Source: Candidatus Obscuribacteraceae bacterium (GTDB taxonomy: Bacteria; Cyanobacteriota; Vampirovibrionia; Obscuribacterales; Obscuribacteraceae). Taken from it: 64,000 nucleotides of DNA. Below the pieces are notes generated by a model. It worked only from the letters and a program-made list of their open reading frames with translations, searched no databases and was not told the origin of the DNA. This document shows, piece after piece, positions 8,559 to 18,071 of this stretch. The stretch covers positions 352,001 through 416,000 of the forward strand of contig JBGASG010000003.1 in NCBI GenBank assembly GCA_044229845.1, given 5' to 3'. Position 1 is the stretch's first letter. Each line of letters opens with the position of its first letter. A program made the translations under genes and the position numbers.

Positions 8559-8588
8559 AAAAACGAAGGCGGTGTTGCCACCGCCTTC
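8559..8588 (-). terminator. Rho-independent terminator between the two paralogs
   Basis: GAAGGCGGTG-GCAA-CACCGCCTTC followed by GTTTTT on the minus strand. Confidence 0.85.
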
Positions 8589-8615
8589 AGTATCACTTCT
8601 TATTTTGCTGCGCCG

Positions 8616-9527
8616 TTATGGCTGGATGGCAAACGTTTGTGTGCCCTTGGTGATTGGCGCCGTTTTCCAGCTGGCCGCAGTCAGTCCGCGCATTGCGGAG
8701 TAGGTGCTGACGGTCGGAATATAGTCCGACGAGTAGCCCATGTTGTCGATTTCGATCAATTGCGCCGGCATAAGCTGATAGCGGTCTCTGTCCGCCAAAC
8801 CGCTGAGGCTGACACTCATGCTGTCGACGGTTTCAACGCTGTCTACATCGAGAACGCTGGCCGACACCGATACCGATTGCTTGGCGGCGCGGATTATCTT
8901 GTGAGCCGACTCCTGATTGGGTTCAACCCAGCCTTTTTGAGCGCAGAACACGCCCATAATCTGTCCCTTCGCCACATACACCATGCTCTTCATTTCGGAG
9001 TCCGAGGTGCTGACTACGATGCAGCCTGGCTTTTGCGCTGCTTTCAGTTTGGTGAGGGCGGTGTCGAACTGAGCTTGACCGTCGCCCGATTGATTGATTT
9101 CCAGGACTTCGCCGTGGAAGAGCGAAGCGGCCGCCAGGACGATGTCTTCTGAAAGTTGATAGGCATCTACCAGGTTACCCGTGGTGGCAAGGTCAGAAAG
9201 AGTGGCTTCGTGGGCGTCACTTTGCATGACCTGCCCGTCCAGACCTTTTCTTCCGTACACGCAGCCGAGTACGCGTCCGCGATACATAAGGATGGCGGCT
9301 CGAGAACGGCGCTTGGGATTGACTACTTTTACGACGCCGGTGCGCTTGTTGCCTTCTAGTGTGACGAGCAACTGGTGATACTTGAGCCCGGTGGTCTGCA
9401 GGATTTCACGGTGTCCGGGAGCGGCGCTCGGGAGCATGTTGATGGCTCTGCGGCTCACACCAGTACCGTGGGTCTTGGTGAGGGATGTTACATCGTCCGA
9501 ATTTTTGGTCTTTTTCCAAACAAACAC
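8616..9527 (-). CDS. Hypothetical protein with tandem DUF4388/PATAN-like domains (paralog A)
   Basis: LLVTLEGNKRTGVVKV...ILMYRGRVLG and a second repeat LKAAQKPGCIVV...VYVAKGQIMG; GGAG upstream of GTG. Confidence 0.7.
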   Translation of the reverse strand: MFVWKKTKNSDDVTSLTKTHGTGVSRRAINMLPSAAPGHREILQTTGLKYHQLLVTLEGNKRTGVVKVVNPKRRSRAAILMYRGRVLGCVYGRKGLDGQVMQSDAHEATLSDLATTGNLVDAYQLSEDIVLAAASLFHGEVLEINQSGDGQAQFDTALTKLKAAQKPGCIVVSTSDSEMKSMVYVAKGQIMGVFCAQKGWVEPNQESAHKIIRAAKQSVSVSASVLDVDSVETVDSMSVSLSGLADRDRYQLMPAQLIEIDNMGYSSDYIPTVSTYSAMRGLTAASWKTAPITKGTQTFAIQP

Positions 9528-9995
9528 TGCTTCTTCTCCCTAAAACCGCTCTACCGAATGTCCAGAACGTCCCTGTTGGGTGGTGGCTAAGCTGAAATTT
9601 ATCAAAGGAAGTGCCCACAGTCACTGGGGGAATTACGTACCTATGATTAACCAGCTGGGGTGCAAATAGGCAGGACCAAGGTCCAAAAGCACCTAATCTC
9701 GCCGAACAGTCGCCAAACGATGTTGACTAGACCCGCGCGCGTATATATTAACGCCAAAAATTGCTGGTGAATCATCTGTTGGAGCAAATATGTATGGTGC
9801 CAGCCATTTTTAATGCCGCTTTTTGGGCGAGACGCCTGCTTTTTACCCCTTGTTAACTGTGTTTCACGTAAACAGGCTGCCGTTTTTGCCCACTTGCACC
9901 GTATGCGGTGCAGCGGCGAGCACTGTCGGCACCACGGGTGGTTCAGCAGCGGCAGATCGCCACCTTCGCCGGCATAAATGTACACGCCCGGCAGT

Positions 9996-10433
9996 TTATA
10001 CGGACAGTCCTCTGCCTGAGGGCAGAAACGCTGATGGCACGTGGGTGATGGCCAACCTGTCGAGTTGGCAATCTGACAGATCTCGCGCGGATTCGAACTC
10101 TACAAGCGCCACGTCAAAACGCATCTGGTGTCCTACCGGCAGATGATGGCTGGCGGCATAGCAGCGCGCCGATGTAACAATCTTTTGCTGTTTACGCCAA
10201 TTTATCGTCTCCGTCCCAGATTCAGGAAAACCGGCTGTCATGCGCCTCTTGCGTCTGGTCTTCACCTCCACGAAAACAAAGGTACCGAACTGGTCAAGCA
10301 AAATCAGATCGATCTCGCCAAAGCGTCCCCAGCGCCAGTTGCGCTCAAGCACGCTGTAGCCTTGAGTTTCCAAATAGCGGGATACCGCCTGTTCGCCCAG
10401 ACGCGCGATAGATTGGTTCCATAAGTTGCCCAT
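9996..10433 (-). CDS. YraN-family (UPF0102) endonuclease-like protein
   Basis: GEQAVSRYL...GYSVLERNWR...GEIDLI...VFVEVKTR...RFDV. Confidence 0.92.
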   Translation of the reverse strand: MGNLWNQSIARLGEQAVSRYLETQGYSVLERNWRWGRFGEIDLILLDQFGTFVFVEVKTRRKRRMTAGFPESGTETINWRKQQKIVTSARCYAASHHLPVGHQMRFDVALVEFESARDLSDCQLDRLAITHVPSAFLPSGRGLSV

Positions 10434-10499
10434 TTTTAGCCCTTCCTTGATAATGACCATCTATCTCTAATACGTTTCATACGATCAAAAGGTTCAATC

Positions 10500-11792
10500 A
10501 TGCTCGACCTGAAACTTCTCCGCGACCGTCCCGAAGAGCTGAAAAAGGCTCTCGCACGGCGCAATCCAGATTTAATTCCGCAGATTGAAGAAGTGATCAC
10601 TGTGGATGGTGAATATCGTCAAACGCTCTCTGAGTGGGAAACGGTAAGGTCGAGAAGCAATGAGATTTCGCAACTCTTCAAAACCTCAAAACAAGCGGAC
10701 GACCAAAAGGAAGCCCTGCGTCAGGAGACAAAGGGACTGAAAGTGCGCGAGAAAGAGCTCGAAGACGCCAAACGCCCACTTGAAGAAACACGCGATAAAC
10801 TCCTGCTTTCCATACCGAATCCGCCCGATGAGTCGGTGCCTGACGGTCCGGATGAAACCCACAACAAAGAGATCAAGCGCTGGGGCGAAATTCCCAAAAT
10901 CGCCAATCCCAGACCGCACTACGAAATCGGCACGGAACTGGGAATTTTCGATTTCGAGCGCGGGGTGAAAATCTCACAAAGCCGCTTCACTGTGCTGATG
11001 GATATGGGCGCAAAAATCGAACGCGCCCTCATGAACTTCATGCTCGACCTGCAAACCAAACGGGGTTACAGAGAGGTTTTTCCACCAATACTTGTAAATC
11101 GCGATTGCCTGCAAGGCACCGGACAGTTGCCTAAATTCGAGGGCGATTTCTACAAGACCGAGGAAGAAGATCTCTACCTGGTGCCAACGGCCGAAGTTCC
11201 ACTAACAAATCTCTATCGCGAAGAGATTCTCGATGAAGAGCACCTGCCTATCCACCACACGGCATACACACCGTGCTTCAGACGCGAAGCCGGTGCCGCT
11301 GGCAAAGATACGCGCGGTTATATTCGGCAGCATCAATTCAACAAAGTAGAACTGGTGAAGTTCTGCGTTCCCGAGAGATCCGACGACGAACACGAGAAGA
11401 TGACCCAAGATGCGGAGGCAGTGCTGGAAGCGCTTGGTCTGCCGTATCGACGCGTACTCTTGTGCACAGGCGACATGGGTTTTTCGGCTCGAAAATGCTA
11501 CGACATCGAAGTCTGGATGCCTGCTCAAGACAAGTATCGCGAAATCAGTTCCTGTTCGAATTGCGGTGACTTTCAGGCACGCCGCGCTAACCTGAAATAT
11601 CGCCCGAAAGACGGCGGCAAGCCGCGATTGGTGCACACGCTCAATGGCTCGGGGCTGGCGATCGGGCGCACTCTCTGCGCCATTTTAGAGAACGGGCAAC
11701 AGTCCGATGGTTCGGTGGTGATTCCGGATGCTCTGGTGTCTTACCTGGGCGGTGTCCAAATCCTGAAGAATCCGGCTCGCAACGGCGAATAA
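10500..11792 (+). CDS. serS: Serine--tRNA ligase
   Basis: MLDLKLLR, LVPTAEVP, CFRREAG, RQHQFNKVE, EISSCSNCGDFQARR, HTLNGSGLAIGR. Confidence 0.99.
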   Translation: MLDLKLLRDRPEELKKALARRNPDLIPQIEEVITVDGEYRQTLSEWETVRSRSNEISQLFKTSKQADDQKEALRQETKGLKVREKELEDAKRPLEETRDKLLLSIPNPPDESVPDGPDETHNKEIKRWGEIPKIANPRPHYEIGTELGIFDFERGVKISQSRFTVLMDMGAKIERALMNFMLDLQTKRGYREVFPPILVNRDCLQGTGQLPKFEGDFYKTEEEDLYLVPTAEVPLTNLYREEILDEEHLPIHHTAYTPCFRREAGAAGKDTRGYIRQHQFNKVELVKFCVPERSDDEHEKMTQDAEAVLEALGLPYRRVLLCTGDMGFSARKCYDIEVWMPAQDKYREISSCSNCGDFQARRANLKYRPKDGGKPRLVHTLNGSGLAIGRTLCAILENGQQSDGSVVIPDALVSYLGGVQILKNPARNGE

Positions 11793-12580
11793 TGCAGAAG
11801 CCGGGCAAGAAGCAGCGGCACGTCATGACCACGCACTACGTGCTCAGCTGGGCTTGTCTGCTCGCTGTCATCGCGGTGCTCGCCAGCGTCGGCTTTGACA
11901 TTGCCGTAGCGCAAAGTCACAGCTTGAACTCGCCGACACCAATCAAAGTCATCCAGTATATTTCCGACAACATCTTGCTCTGGCGGGCGACCTGCGCTCT
12001 GCATGCGCTTTCCACCATCATGTTCGTGTTCTTTTGCGTGGCGTTCGTGCAGACGCTGGAGCGCCGCTATCGCCCGCTCACTACTTTTGCACTGCTGCTG
12101 GTGGCAATTGCCGCCAGCTCATCGTTAACAGCCGAATTCAACTTACTGGTTCTGGCTTCGGACCTCGCCCGAGATCAGCTTAACGGACTCAATTACATGC
12201 CCGCCGACGCCTTCCAGTCAGCCTGGTTGATAATCGCGGGAGCAATCACACACTATATATTGATAGGCAACACATTAAACGGCATCGCCGGAATAATTTT
12301 GACCGGATGTTCGCTTGTGCACCGCAACTTCCCGAAAGCGCTTGCTTGGCTGGGACTGCCCGTCTGGGCGCTGACAATCGGCGCCAGCCTGGTTGGATCG
12401 ACCGGCCGACTGGAAATGGCGCTGCTCCTGATGGGGGCTGCGTCTCTAGCCTTCGTCGTCTGGTCGTCCTCAATAGGTATCGCCATGCCTTTCGTTGCGA
12501 AACAAAGGTTCGCGCCGGCCGTCGACAAATCTAGTGAGACAGAGACCATCACTGACACTCTGTCTCACCCACTACAGTAG
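11792..12580 (+). CDS. Multi-pass membrane protein (DUF4386-like), translationally coupled to serS
   Basis: About six hydrophobic segments; TAATG stop/start overlap with serS. Confidence 0.7.
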   Translation: MQKPGKKQRHVMTTHYVLSWACLLAVIAVLASVGFDIAVAQSHSLNSPTPIKVIQYISDNILLWRATCALHALSTIMFVFFCVAFVQTLERRYRPLTTFALLLVAIAASSSLTAEFNLLVLASDLARDQLNGLNYMPADAFQSAWLIIAGAITHYILIGNTLNGIAGIILTGCSLVHRNFPKALAWLGLPVWALTIGASLVGSTGRLEMALLLMGAASLAFVVWSSSIGIAMPFVAKQRFAPAVDKSSETETITDTLSHPLQ

Positions 12581-12634
12581 AGCCTATCCGAACGATGGCG
12601 GAAGGGCGGGATTTCTGCTGCACCACTTATGGTG

Positions 12635-13603
12635 CTAGTGCGATACCGCCAGCAAATCAGGATAGTCTTTCATCAATTGAAAAATCTCTTCGTCTTCGCC
12701 TCTGGCGATGCCGCTGGCCACCTGCATGACCACATCTTTGCCGGTGGCGTCGGTTGCCAGCGAGGCTTTATCGAATTGGGTTGCCATCGAGAAGAAGAGA
12801 ATCAAACCGTGATCGCGGGTTGCCAGAACCGATGCGGCTTCGGTGTTCTGTACGTTGACACAATTGACCACCAGATCGCAATCACCGACGAAGCTTATCA
12901 GCGCCTCGGCGTTGACTGCATCAAGCACGCTCAGACGATCGCTGAAGCCAAATTGTCTGATGCGCGCGAAGTTAGTCTCATTGACGTCGACACCGTATAT
13001 CTCTACATCGGGCTTGTACTTCTTGATGGTCGCCATAGCGGCTATGCCGGCATTGCCACAGCCGATAACCAACGCACGCGACATCGGGCGCCGCTCCAGC
13101 ACCACCCGTTTCACTTGCACAGCCAGACTGGCTATGTCGAGGGCTGTCGCCGCCAGACGCCAGTCCATGCCATCCGGCACCGGAGTAAAGTAATAGCTTT
13201 CGAACAAGACAGCCGTGCCGACAACATCGATTTGCTGCCCGTGCACTGCCCCGATGCTCTCCAGATGCAATGGAATTGCACTCAGAGACGTCCATGGCAC
13301 AATGGCTTTACCCTCGTATTCGGCCAGCAACACGCCACCGGAATTGGTGACCGGATTATGCATCTTGCCGCGCTGTTGCACAATTTCCCAGACGCGATCG
13401 GTGATTTTGGCTCCCGACTCGCTGATCTGCCGAGTGCTCGTCGAGTCAAGGTTGAGCAACTTGACCTGCACCAGTTTTTCGCTTGGGTGCAGTTGCTTAG
13501 GCGTATTGTCTACGCGCTCGGCCGCTTGCGGCACCACTCCGCGCGGTGCAATCACTCTGTGAAATCCATACCTGCTCATACTCGTCGCCGCCTTGACACT
13601 CAT
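12635..13603 (-). CDS. kdd: L-erythro-3,5-diaminohexanoate dehydrogenase-like protein
   Basis: YGFHRVIAPRGVVPQAA, LNLDSTS, RGKMHNPVTNSGG, DLVVNCVNV, FFSMATQF are characteristic of Kdd; Rossmann GCGNAG. Confidence 0.85.
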   Translation of the reverse strand: MSVKAATSMSRYGFHRVIAPRGVVPQAAERVDNTPKQLHPSEKLVQVKLLNLDSTSTRQISESGAKITDRVWEIVQQRGKMHNPVTNSGGVLLAEYEGKAIVPWTSLSAIPLHLESIGAVHGQQIDVVGTAVLFESYYFTPVPDGMDWRLAATALDIASLAVQVKRVVLERRPMSRALVIGCGNAGIAAMATIKKYKPDVEIYGVDVNETNFARIRQFGFSDRLSVLDAVNAEALISFVGDCDLVVNCVNVQNTEAASVLATRDHGLILFFSMATQFDKASLATDATGKDVVMQVASGIARGEDEEIFQLMKDYPDLLAVSH

Positions 13604-13726
13604 GTTCGTTTCCTTGTTCCGCGTGCTGCAATTGCATCACACTGTAGTCCACATGGGCGCGGGTTTAAATTATTCTCTCCCCTTTGAGTCTGGCATGGTC
13701 ACGCCGGAATGCGCTAACTTAGGCGC

Positions 13727-14869
13727 GTGGAAAGACCTCACTGGCTGATCGCAGGAGCCGGCATCGGCGGGCTGACCTTGGGTGCAGCCCTGTCCAAGGC
13801 AGGTCACAGCTTTACTATCTTTGACCAACAGCAGGGTCCGACTGCGCTCGGCGCGGGCATCGCCATGGCACCAAATGCGATGAACGCCCTCTCGACGCTT
13901 GACCTGGCAGACAGCGTCAGACAGAGCGGTGAGGTTATTCGCACCACCAGGCTGCTGTCTGACAAAGGACGCTCATTGCTGACCGAGATCGATCTGGGCT
14001 TTCTAGAGCGTCAGTACGGATGCCTGCCGGTTGCCATTCACCGCAAAGCACTGCTCACTGCATTGCTCGCCCGCGCCGGCGAATCAAACGTCAAGTACGG
14101 ATACAGATTGATTGGCACAGATCAATCGCCGACTTCTATCACCGCCCAGTTTGAAAATGGCGAACAGTCTGCGGGTTCCGCGCTGATAGGCGCAGATGGC
14201 ATTCACTCACAGGTGGCGCGATCGGTTGTCGGACAGCAAGCTTTGAATTACCAGGGATTCGTCGCCTGGCGGGCTATCGCTCCCAATCGCAACCAACTGG
14301 TGGCGCGCGGCACCACCACACAAATCTGGGGACCAGGCACCGTATTTGGCGTTGCCCCAGTCAACGAAGAATCCATTTACTGGTACGGCACTTGCCTGGC
14401 ACCAGCGGACTTTGCCGGCCAAGCAACCCGCGAAGATGCTCTCAAACACTTCGCCGACTGGGAAGCGCCGGTAGCGGAGATTATTCGTTCGACACCGGTA
14501 GAGTCGATACTTTGTCATGCAATCTACGACCATGACACCCTCGCGTCCTGGTGCAAAGGGCGCATCGCTTTGCTTGGCGATGCAGCACACGCCATGCCGC
14601 CCAATCTGGGACAAGGCGGCGCGCAAGCGATTCTTGACGCGGTGTCGCTCGCCAATCAGATCGACCGCAACCCTGATTTTCAGTCGGCATTCGCCGCGTA
14701 TGAGAAAGACCGCCTGCAGTCAGCCAACAGCATGGTTGAAAAATCGCGGCGCGCCGCGCGCACGGATCACTTGAGCAATCCGCTATTCTCGTTCGGCAGA
14801 GACATGGTGATCAAGCTGACACCAACATTCCTGCTGGAGAAACTCCTGCGTCCTCCGGCTCACAACTGA
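13727..14869 (+). CDS. FAD-dependent monooxygenase (group A aromatic hydroxylase family)
   Basis: IAGAGIGGL, LIGADGIHS, LLGDAAHAMPPNLGQGGAQAI. Confidence 0.92.
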   Translation: MERPHWLIAGAGIGGLTLGAALSKAGHSFTIFDQQQGPTALGAGIAMAPNAMNALSTLDLADSVRQSGEVIRTTRLLSDKGRSLLTEIDLGFLERQYGCLPVAIHRKALLTALLARAGESNVKYGYRLIGTDQSPTSITAQFENGEQSAGSALIGADGIHSQVARSVVGQQALNYQGFVAWRAIAPNRNQLVARGTTTQIWGPGTVFGVAPVNEESIYWYGTCLAPADFAGQATREDALKHFADWEAPVAEIIRSTPVESILCHAIYDHDTLASWCKGRIALLGDAAHAMPPNLGQGGAQAILDAVSLANQIDRNPDFQSAFAAYEKDRLQSANSMVEKSRRAARTDHLSNPLFSFGRDMVIKLTPTFLLEKLLRPPAHN

Positions 14870-14914
14870 ACTCCACTAAACTGGGCATGCGTCGCAATGC
14901 GAGGTTGAAGCTGA

Positions 14915-15358
14915 ATGAAACTCGTCTATCTGATAGCACTGGCGGCAGGAACGTTCTCGGCGTTGCAGAGTGCGGTAAACACACGCCTCTCGCAATATGT
15001 CGGCGGTCCCGTCATGTCTGCGACGATTTCCGTGCTGATCACAACTGTTTGTTTGATCATCACAACTTTGATCACGCGAGCGCCGCTGCCCACCGCCTCG
15101 GCACTCAGTGCGGCTCCCTGGTGGTCGTGGGCGGGCGGCATTATCGGGGCAGCGTTTCTGGTGACAGTCATTTTCGCAATTCAAGGGCTGGGCGTGGCGG
15201 GAGCTATTTCCCTGGTGATGGCGGCGCAAATCGTCACTTCGATCATCCTCGACCAGCTAGGGGTGCACGGCGGCACGCCGGTTCCATTCACAATCTGGCG
15301 CGGAGTCGGAGCAGTCCTTTTAATTGCGGGCGTCTGGCTAATCAACCGGCAAGGATAA
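14915..15358 (+). CDS. DMT-superfamily transporter (YdcZ/DUF606-like)
   Basis: ALQSAVNTRL, PWWSWAGGIIGA, AQIVTSIILDQLG; about five TM helices. Confidence 0.85.
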   Translation: MKLVYLIALAAGTFSALQSAVNTRLSQYVGGPVMSATISVLITTVCLIITTLITRAPLPTASALSAAPWWSWAGGIIGAAFLVTVIFAIQGLGVAGAISLVMAAQIVTSIILDQLGVHGGTPVPFTIWRGVGAVLLIAGVWLINRQG

Positions 15359-15374
15359 GGATACAAACCATCAA

Positions 15375-15496
15375 CCAACCAAATTGGCTTGTTGCAGACA
15401 TGCCAATTGATTGGTAATCTAGCGATTGGCAGGCTTAATTGGTTTGTTCACCCAAATTGGTTGGATGCATTTAATGAATTGGCAGGAACTAATTGG
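15375..15496. promoter_or_regulatory. ATTGG/CCAAT motif array, candidate MocR-family operator
   Basis: ATTGG at 15383, 15410, 15425, 15438, 15456, 15478 and 15492; near-perfect inverted repeat 15375-15387/15452-15464. Confidence 0.6.
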
Positions 15497-17069
15497 CGTT
15501 GTGAAGGCGGAAAAACCCCGTGGCGTGCCCATGTACGCCGAATTGGCCCGCGCCCTGAAGGAAAGCATCGAGAGCGGTGAGCTGGCCGCCGGCGAAAAAC
15601 TACCAACAGATCGCGCGCTCGCATCATCCCTGCAAGTCGACCGCTCGACGGTTTCGCGCGCTTACGACGAACTGCAAGCACTCGGACTGATCAGCAGCCA
15701 CGTCGGGCGCGGCACATTCGTGACCGCTGCTCCAATCAACTTACGTCCGGATGACAGTCCGGTCGAAGCCGGCCGCAGCAGACGCCCATCGGCATCGACT
15801 CTATCCTCTTCGTCTACGCGTTCGGTGCTCTGGCACGAAAAATTCTCGCGATTCAGTCAGTCTTCGGCCAATATCCTCAATAGACAGCCAGTGCCGTACG
15901 CAGCACCTGAGTCGATGATCTCTTTTAGTGGTGGCACACCTACTCGCGAGTTTATTCCCCACGAAGACTTCCAAAACATGGTTGGTGATCTGGTTAGAAA
16001 ACCCGATGCGTCCGACATGTTCGAATACAGTCCGCCCGACGGACATCCTCTTCTTCGCGAACAAGTTCGCTCCTATCTGAAAAGAAACGGGATCGACGCA
16101 GCAGAAGACGAACTCTTGATTCTCAGCGGTTCACAGCAAGGTATCGATCTCGTTGGTCGTACATTTGTCGACGCCAACGACGCGGTGGCTCTGGAAGATC
16201 CGACGTACTTCTGGGCTCTCTGCAACTTTTCTTCGCTTGGCGCTCGCTGCCTGCCAGTCTCTGTCGACGACAACGGACTGCGCCTGGATGTGCTGGAAAG
16301 CGTCATCTCCAGACAGCGCGTCAAGCTCGCTTACGTAATGCCTTCATTCCAGAATCCGACTGGGGCGTCCATGCCCATCGAAAACCGCCGCCAGCTGCTC
16401 GAGTTGGCAGGCATCTACAATGTCCCGATTCTCGAAGACAATTTTGTCGGCGACCTCAGCTACGATGGTGCCCCCTTCCCGACGCTGAAAGCGCTGGACG
16501 AACATGGCGTGGTTATCCATCAGGGCACTTTCTCCAAAGCCCTGTGCCCGGGACTGCGTCTGGGTTGGCTGGTCGCCCCGCGCGAAGTGATCTCGCGGCT
16601 ATTGCTGGCGAAACGCACCATCGATCTTTCCACAAACTCCATGGCGCAAGTAATCGTCGCCAGCTACCTGAACAATGGTTTGTACGAAAAACATCTGGAC
16701 ATCGTACGACGAGCCTACCGAAGCCGACGTGACACCATGGACCAGGCGCTACGCGCCAGCATGCCTAGTGATGTCACCTGGACGAAACCGCAGGGCGGCA
16801 TGTTCATCTGGGCGAAACTTCCCAGCGGTGCCTCCGCGCGAGAAATGCTGGCACTGGCTGAAAGCGAAGGAGTTACGTACAGCCCAGGAGACATGTTTTT
16901 CTTCGCCGCCGACCGCCCCGAATATTTCCGACTGACTTTTATTCAACAGAACGAACAGCAAATCGAAGAAGGCATTGCCCGCCTGTCACGCGCCGTCAAA
17001 AAATATCTCGCCACCCGCTCCAGCGTTGCGTCACGCGCCGCCAATCAAGCACACCGCACTCTCATCTGA
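15474..17069 (+). CDS. MocR/GabR-family GntR regulator (wHTH plus PLP aminotransferase-like domain), probable PdxR-like regulator
   Basis: GEKLPTDRALA...VDRSTVSRAYDEL...GRGTFV; GSQQGIDL, FQNPTG, GTFSKALCPGLRLGW; lies directly upstream of pdxST. Confidence 0.92.
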   Translation: MNWQELIGVVKAEKPRGVPMYAELARALKESIESGELAAGEKLPTDRALASSLQVDRSTVSRAYDELQALGLISSHVGRGTFVTAAPINLRPDDSPVEAGRSRRPSASTLSSSSTRSVLWHEKFSRFSQSSANILNRQPVPYAAPESMISFSGGTPTREFIPHEDFQNMVGDLVRKPDASDMFEYSPPDGHPLLREQVRSYLKRNGIDAAEDELLILSGSQQGIDLVGRTFVDANDAVALEDPTYFWALCNFSSLGARCLPVSVDDNGLRLDVLESVISRQRVKLAYVMPSFQNPTGASMPIENRRQLLELAGIYNVPILEDNFVGDLSYDGAPFPTLKALDEHGVVIHQGTFSKALCPGLRLGWLVAPREVISRLLLAKRTIDLSTNSMAQVIVASYLNNGLYEKHLDIVRRAYRSRRDTMDQALRASMPSDVTWTKPQGGMFIWAKLPSGASAREMLALAESEGVTYSPGDMFFFAADRPEYFRLTFIQQNEQQIEEGIARLSRAVKKYLATRSSVASRAANQAHRTLI

Positions 17070-17138
17070 TCCAATTTTCTGATCCAATCACCCAACTCAA
17101 TCTTTTCCCAGCTTAATCTCATCCCAACTCAATCAACT
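17065..17138 (+). repeat. Direct-repeat array upstream of pdxS
   Basis: TCTGATCCAAT twice (17065, 17078); CCCARCTYAATC three times at 16-bp period (17091, 17107, 17123). Confidence 0.8.
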
Positions 17139-17157
17139 TTATAAAGAGGTACTAGAT

Positions 17158-18069
17158 ATGGTGACTACAGTCAAAACCAATGACACGCCGAAGACCGGCA
17201 CCGACCTGGTAAAAAAGGCGCTGCCGCAAATGCTGAAAGGCGGCGTCATCATGGACGTCGTCACCGCCGACCAGGCCAAAATAGCTGAAGAAGCCGGCGC
17301 CGTTGCCGTCATGGCGCTCGAGCGCGTGCCGGCCGATATCCGCGGTTCCGGCGGCGTCGCTCGCATGAGCGACCCCGAGTTGATCATCAAGATCAAAGAA
17401 GCAGTCAGCATTCCCGTGATGGCAAAAGTTCGCATCGGACATTTCGTCGAAGCGCAAATTCTCGAATCGATCGGCGTCGACTGCATCGACGAGAGCGAAG
17501 TGCTGACGCCGGCTGACGAAGAGTTTCATATCGCAAAAAACAAGTTCACGATTCCCTTTGTATGCGGCTGCCGCAACCTCGGTGAAGCTCTGCGCCGCAT
17601 CGGCGAAGGCGCAGCCATGATTCGCACGAAAGGCGAAGCCGGCACCGGCGACGTCGTCGAAGCCGTCCGTCACGCTCGCACCGTACTCGGCGAAATCCGC
17701 AAACTCACCGTCTTGCCCGAAGAAGAACTGATGACCTACGCAAAAAACATCGGCGCACCGTTCGAACTTGTAAAACAAGTTGCAGAAACCGGCAAACTGC
17801 CGGTCGTCAACTTTGCCGCCGGTGGCATTGCCACGCCGGCTGATGCAGCATTGATGATGCAAATTGGTGTGGAAGGCGTCTTCGTAGGCTCCGGCATTTT
17901 CAAATCCGGCGATCCGCAAAAGCGCGCACAAGCGATTGTGAAAGCCACAACCTTCTACAACGACCCCAAAGTGATCGCCGAAGTCAGCCGCAACCTCGGC
18001 GAACCCATGGTCGGTCGCAACTGCTCCAGCCTCACTCCGCAAGAAACGATTGCTACCCGGGGGTGGTAA
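17158..18069 (+). CDS. pdxS: Pyridoxal 5'-phosphate synthase lyase subunit
   Basis: [53 protein letters not shown]. Confidence 0.99.
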   Translation: MVTTVKTNDTPKTGTDLVKKALPQMLKGGVIMDVVTADQAKIAEEAGAVAVMALERVPADIRGSGGVARMSDPELIIKIKEAVSIPVMAKVRIGHFVEAQILESIGVDCIDESEVLTPADEEFHIAKNKFTIPFVCGCRNLGEALRRIGEGAAMIRTKGEAGTGDVVEAVRHARTVLGEIRKLTVLPEEELMTYAKNIGAPFELVKQVAETGKLPVVNFAAGGIATPADAALMMQIGVEGVFVGSGIFKSGDPQKRAQAIVKATTFYNDPKVIAEVSRNLGEPMVGRNCSSLTPQETIATRGW

Positions 18070-18071
18070 AC

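Noticed and set aside
916..9949. Shared 12-mer GTGGTTCAGCAG at 916-927 and 9938-9949
   Set aside because: Flanks do not align, and some 12-mer repeats are expected by chance in 64 kb.
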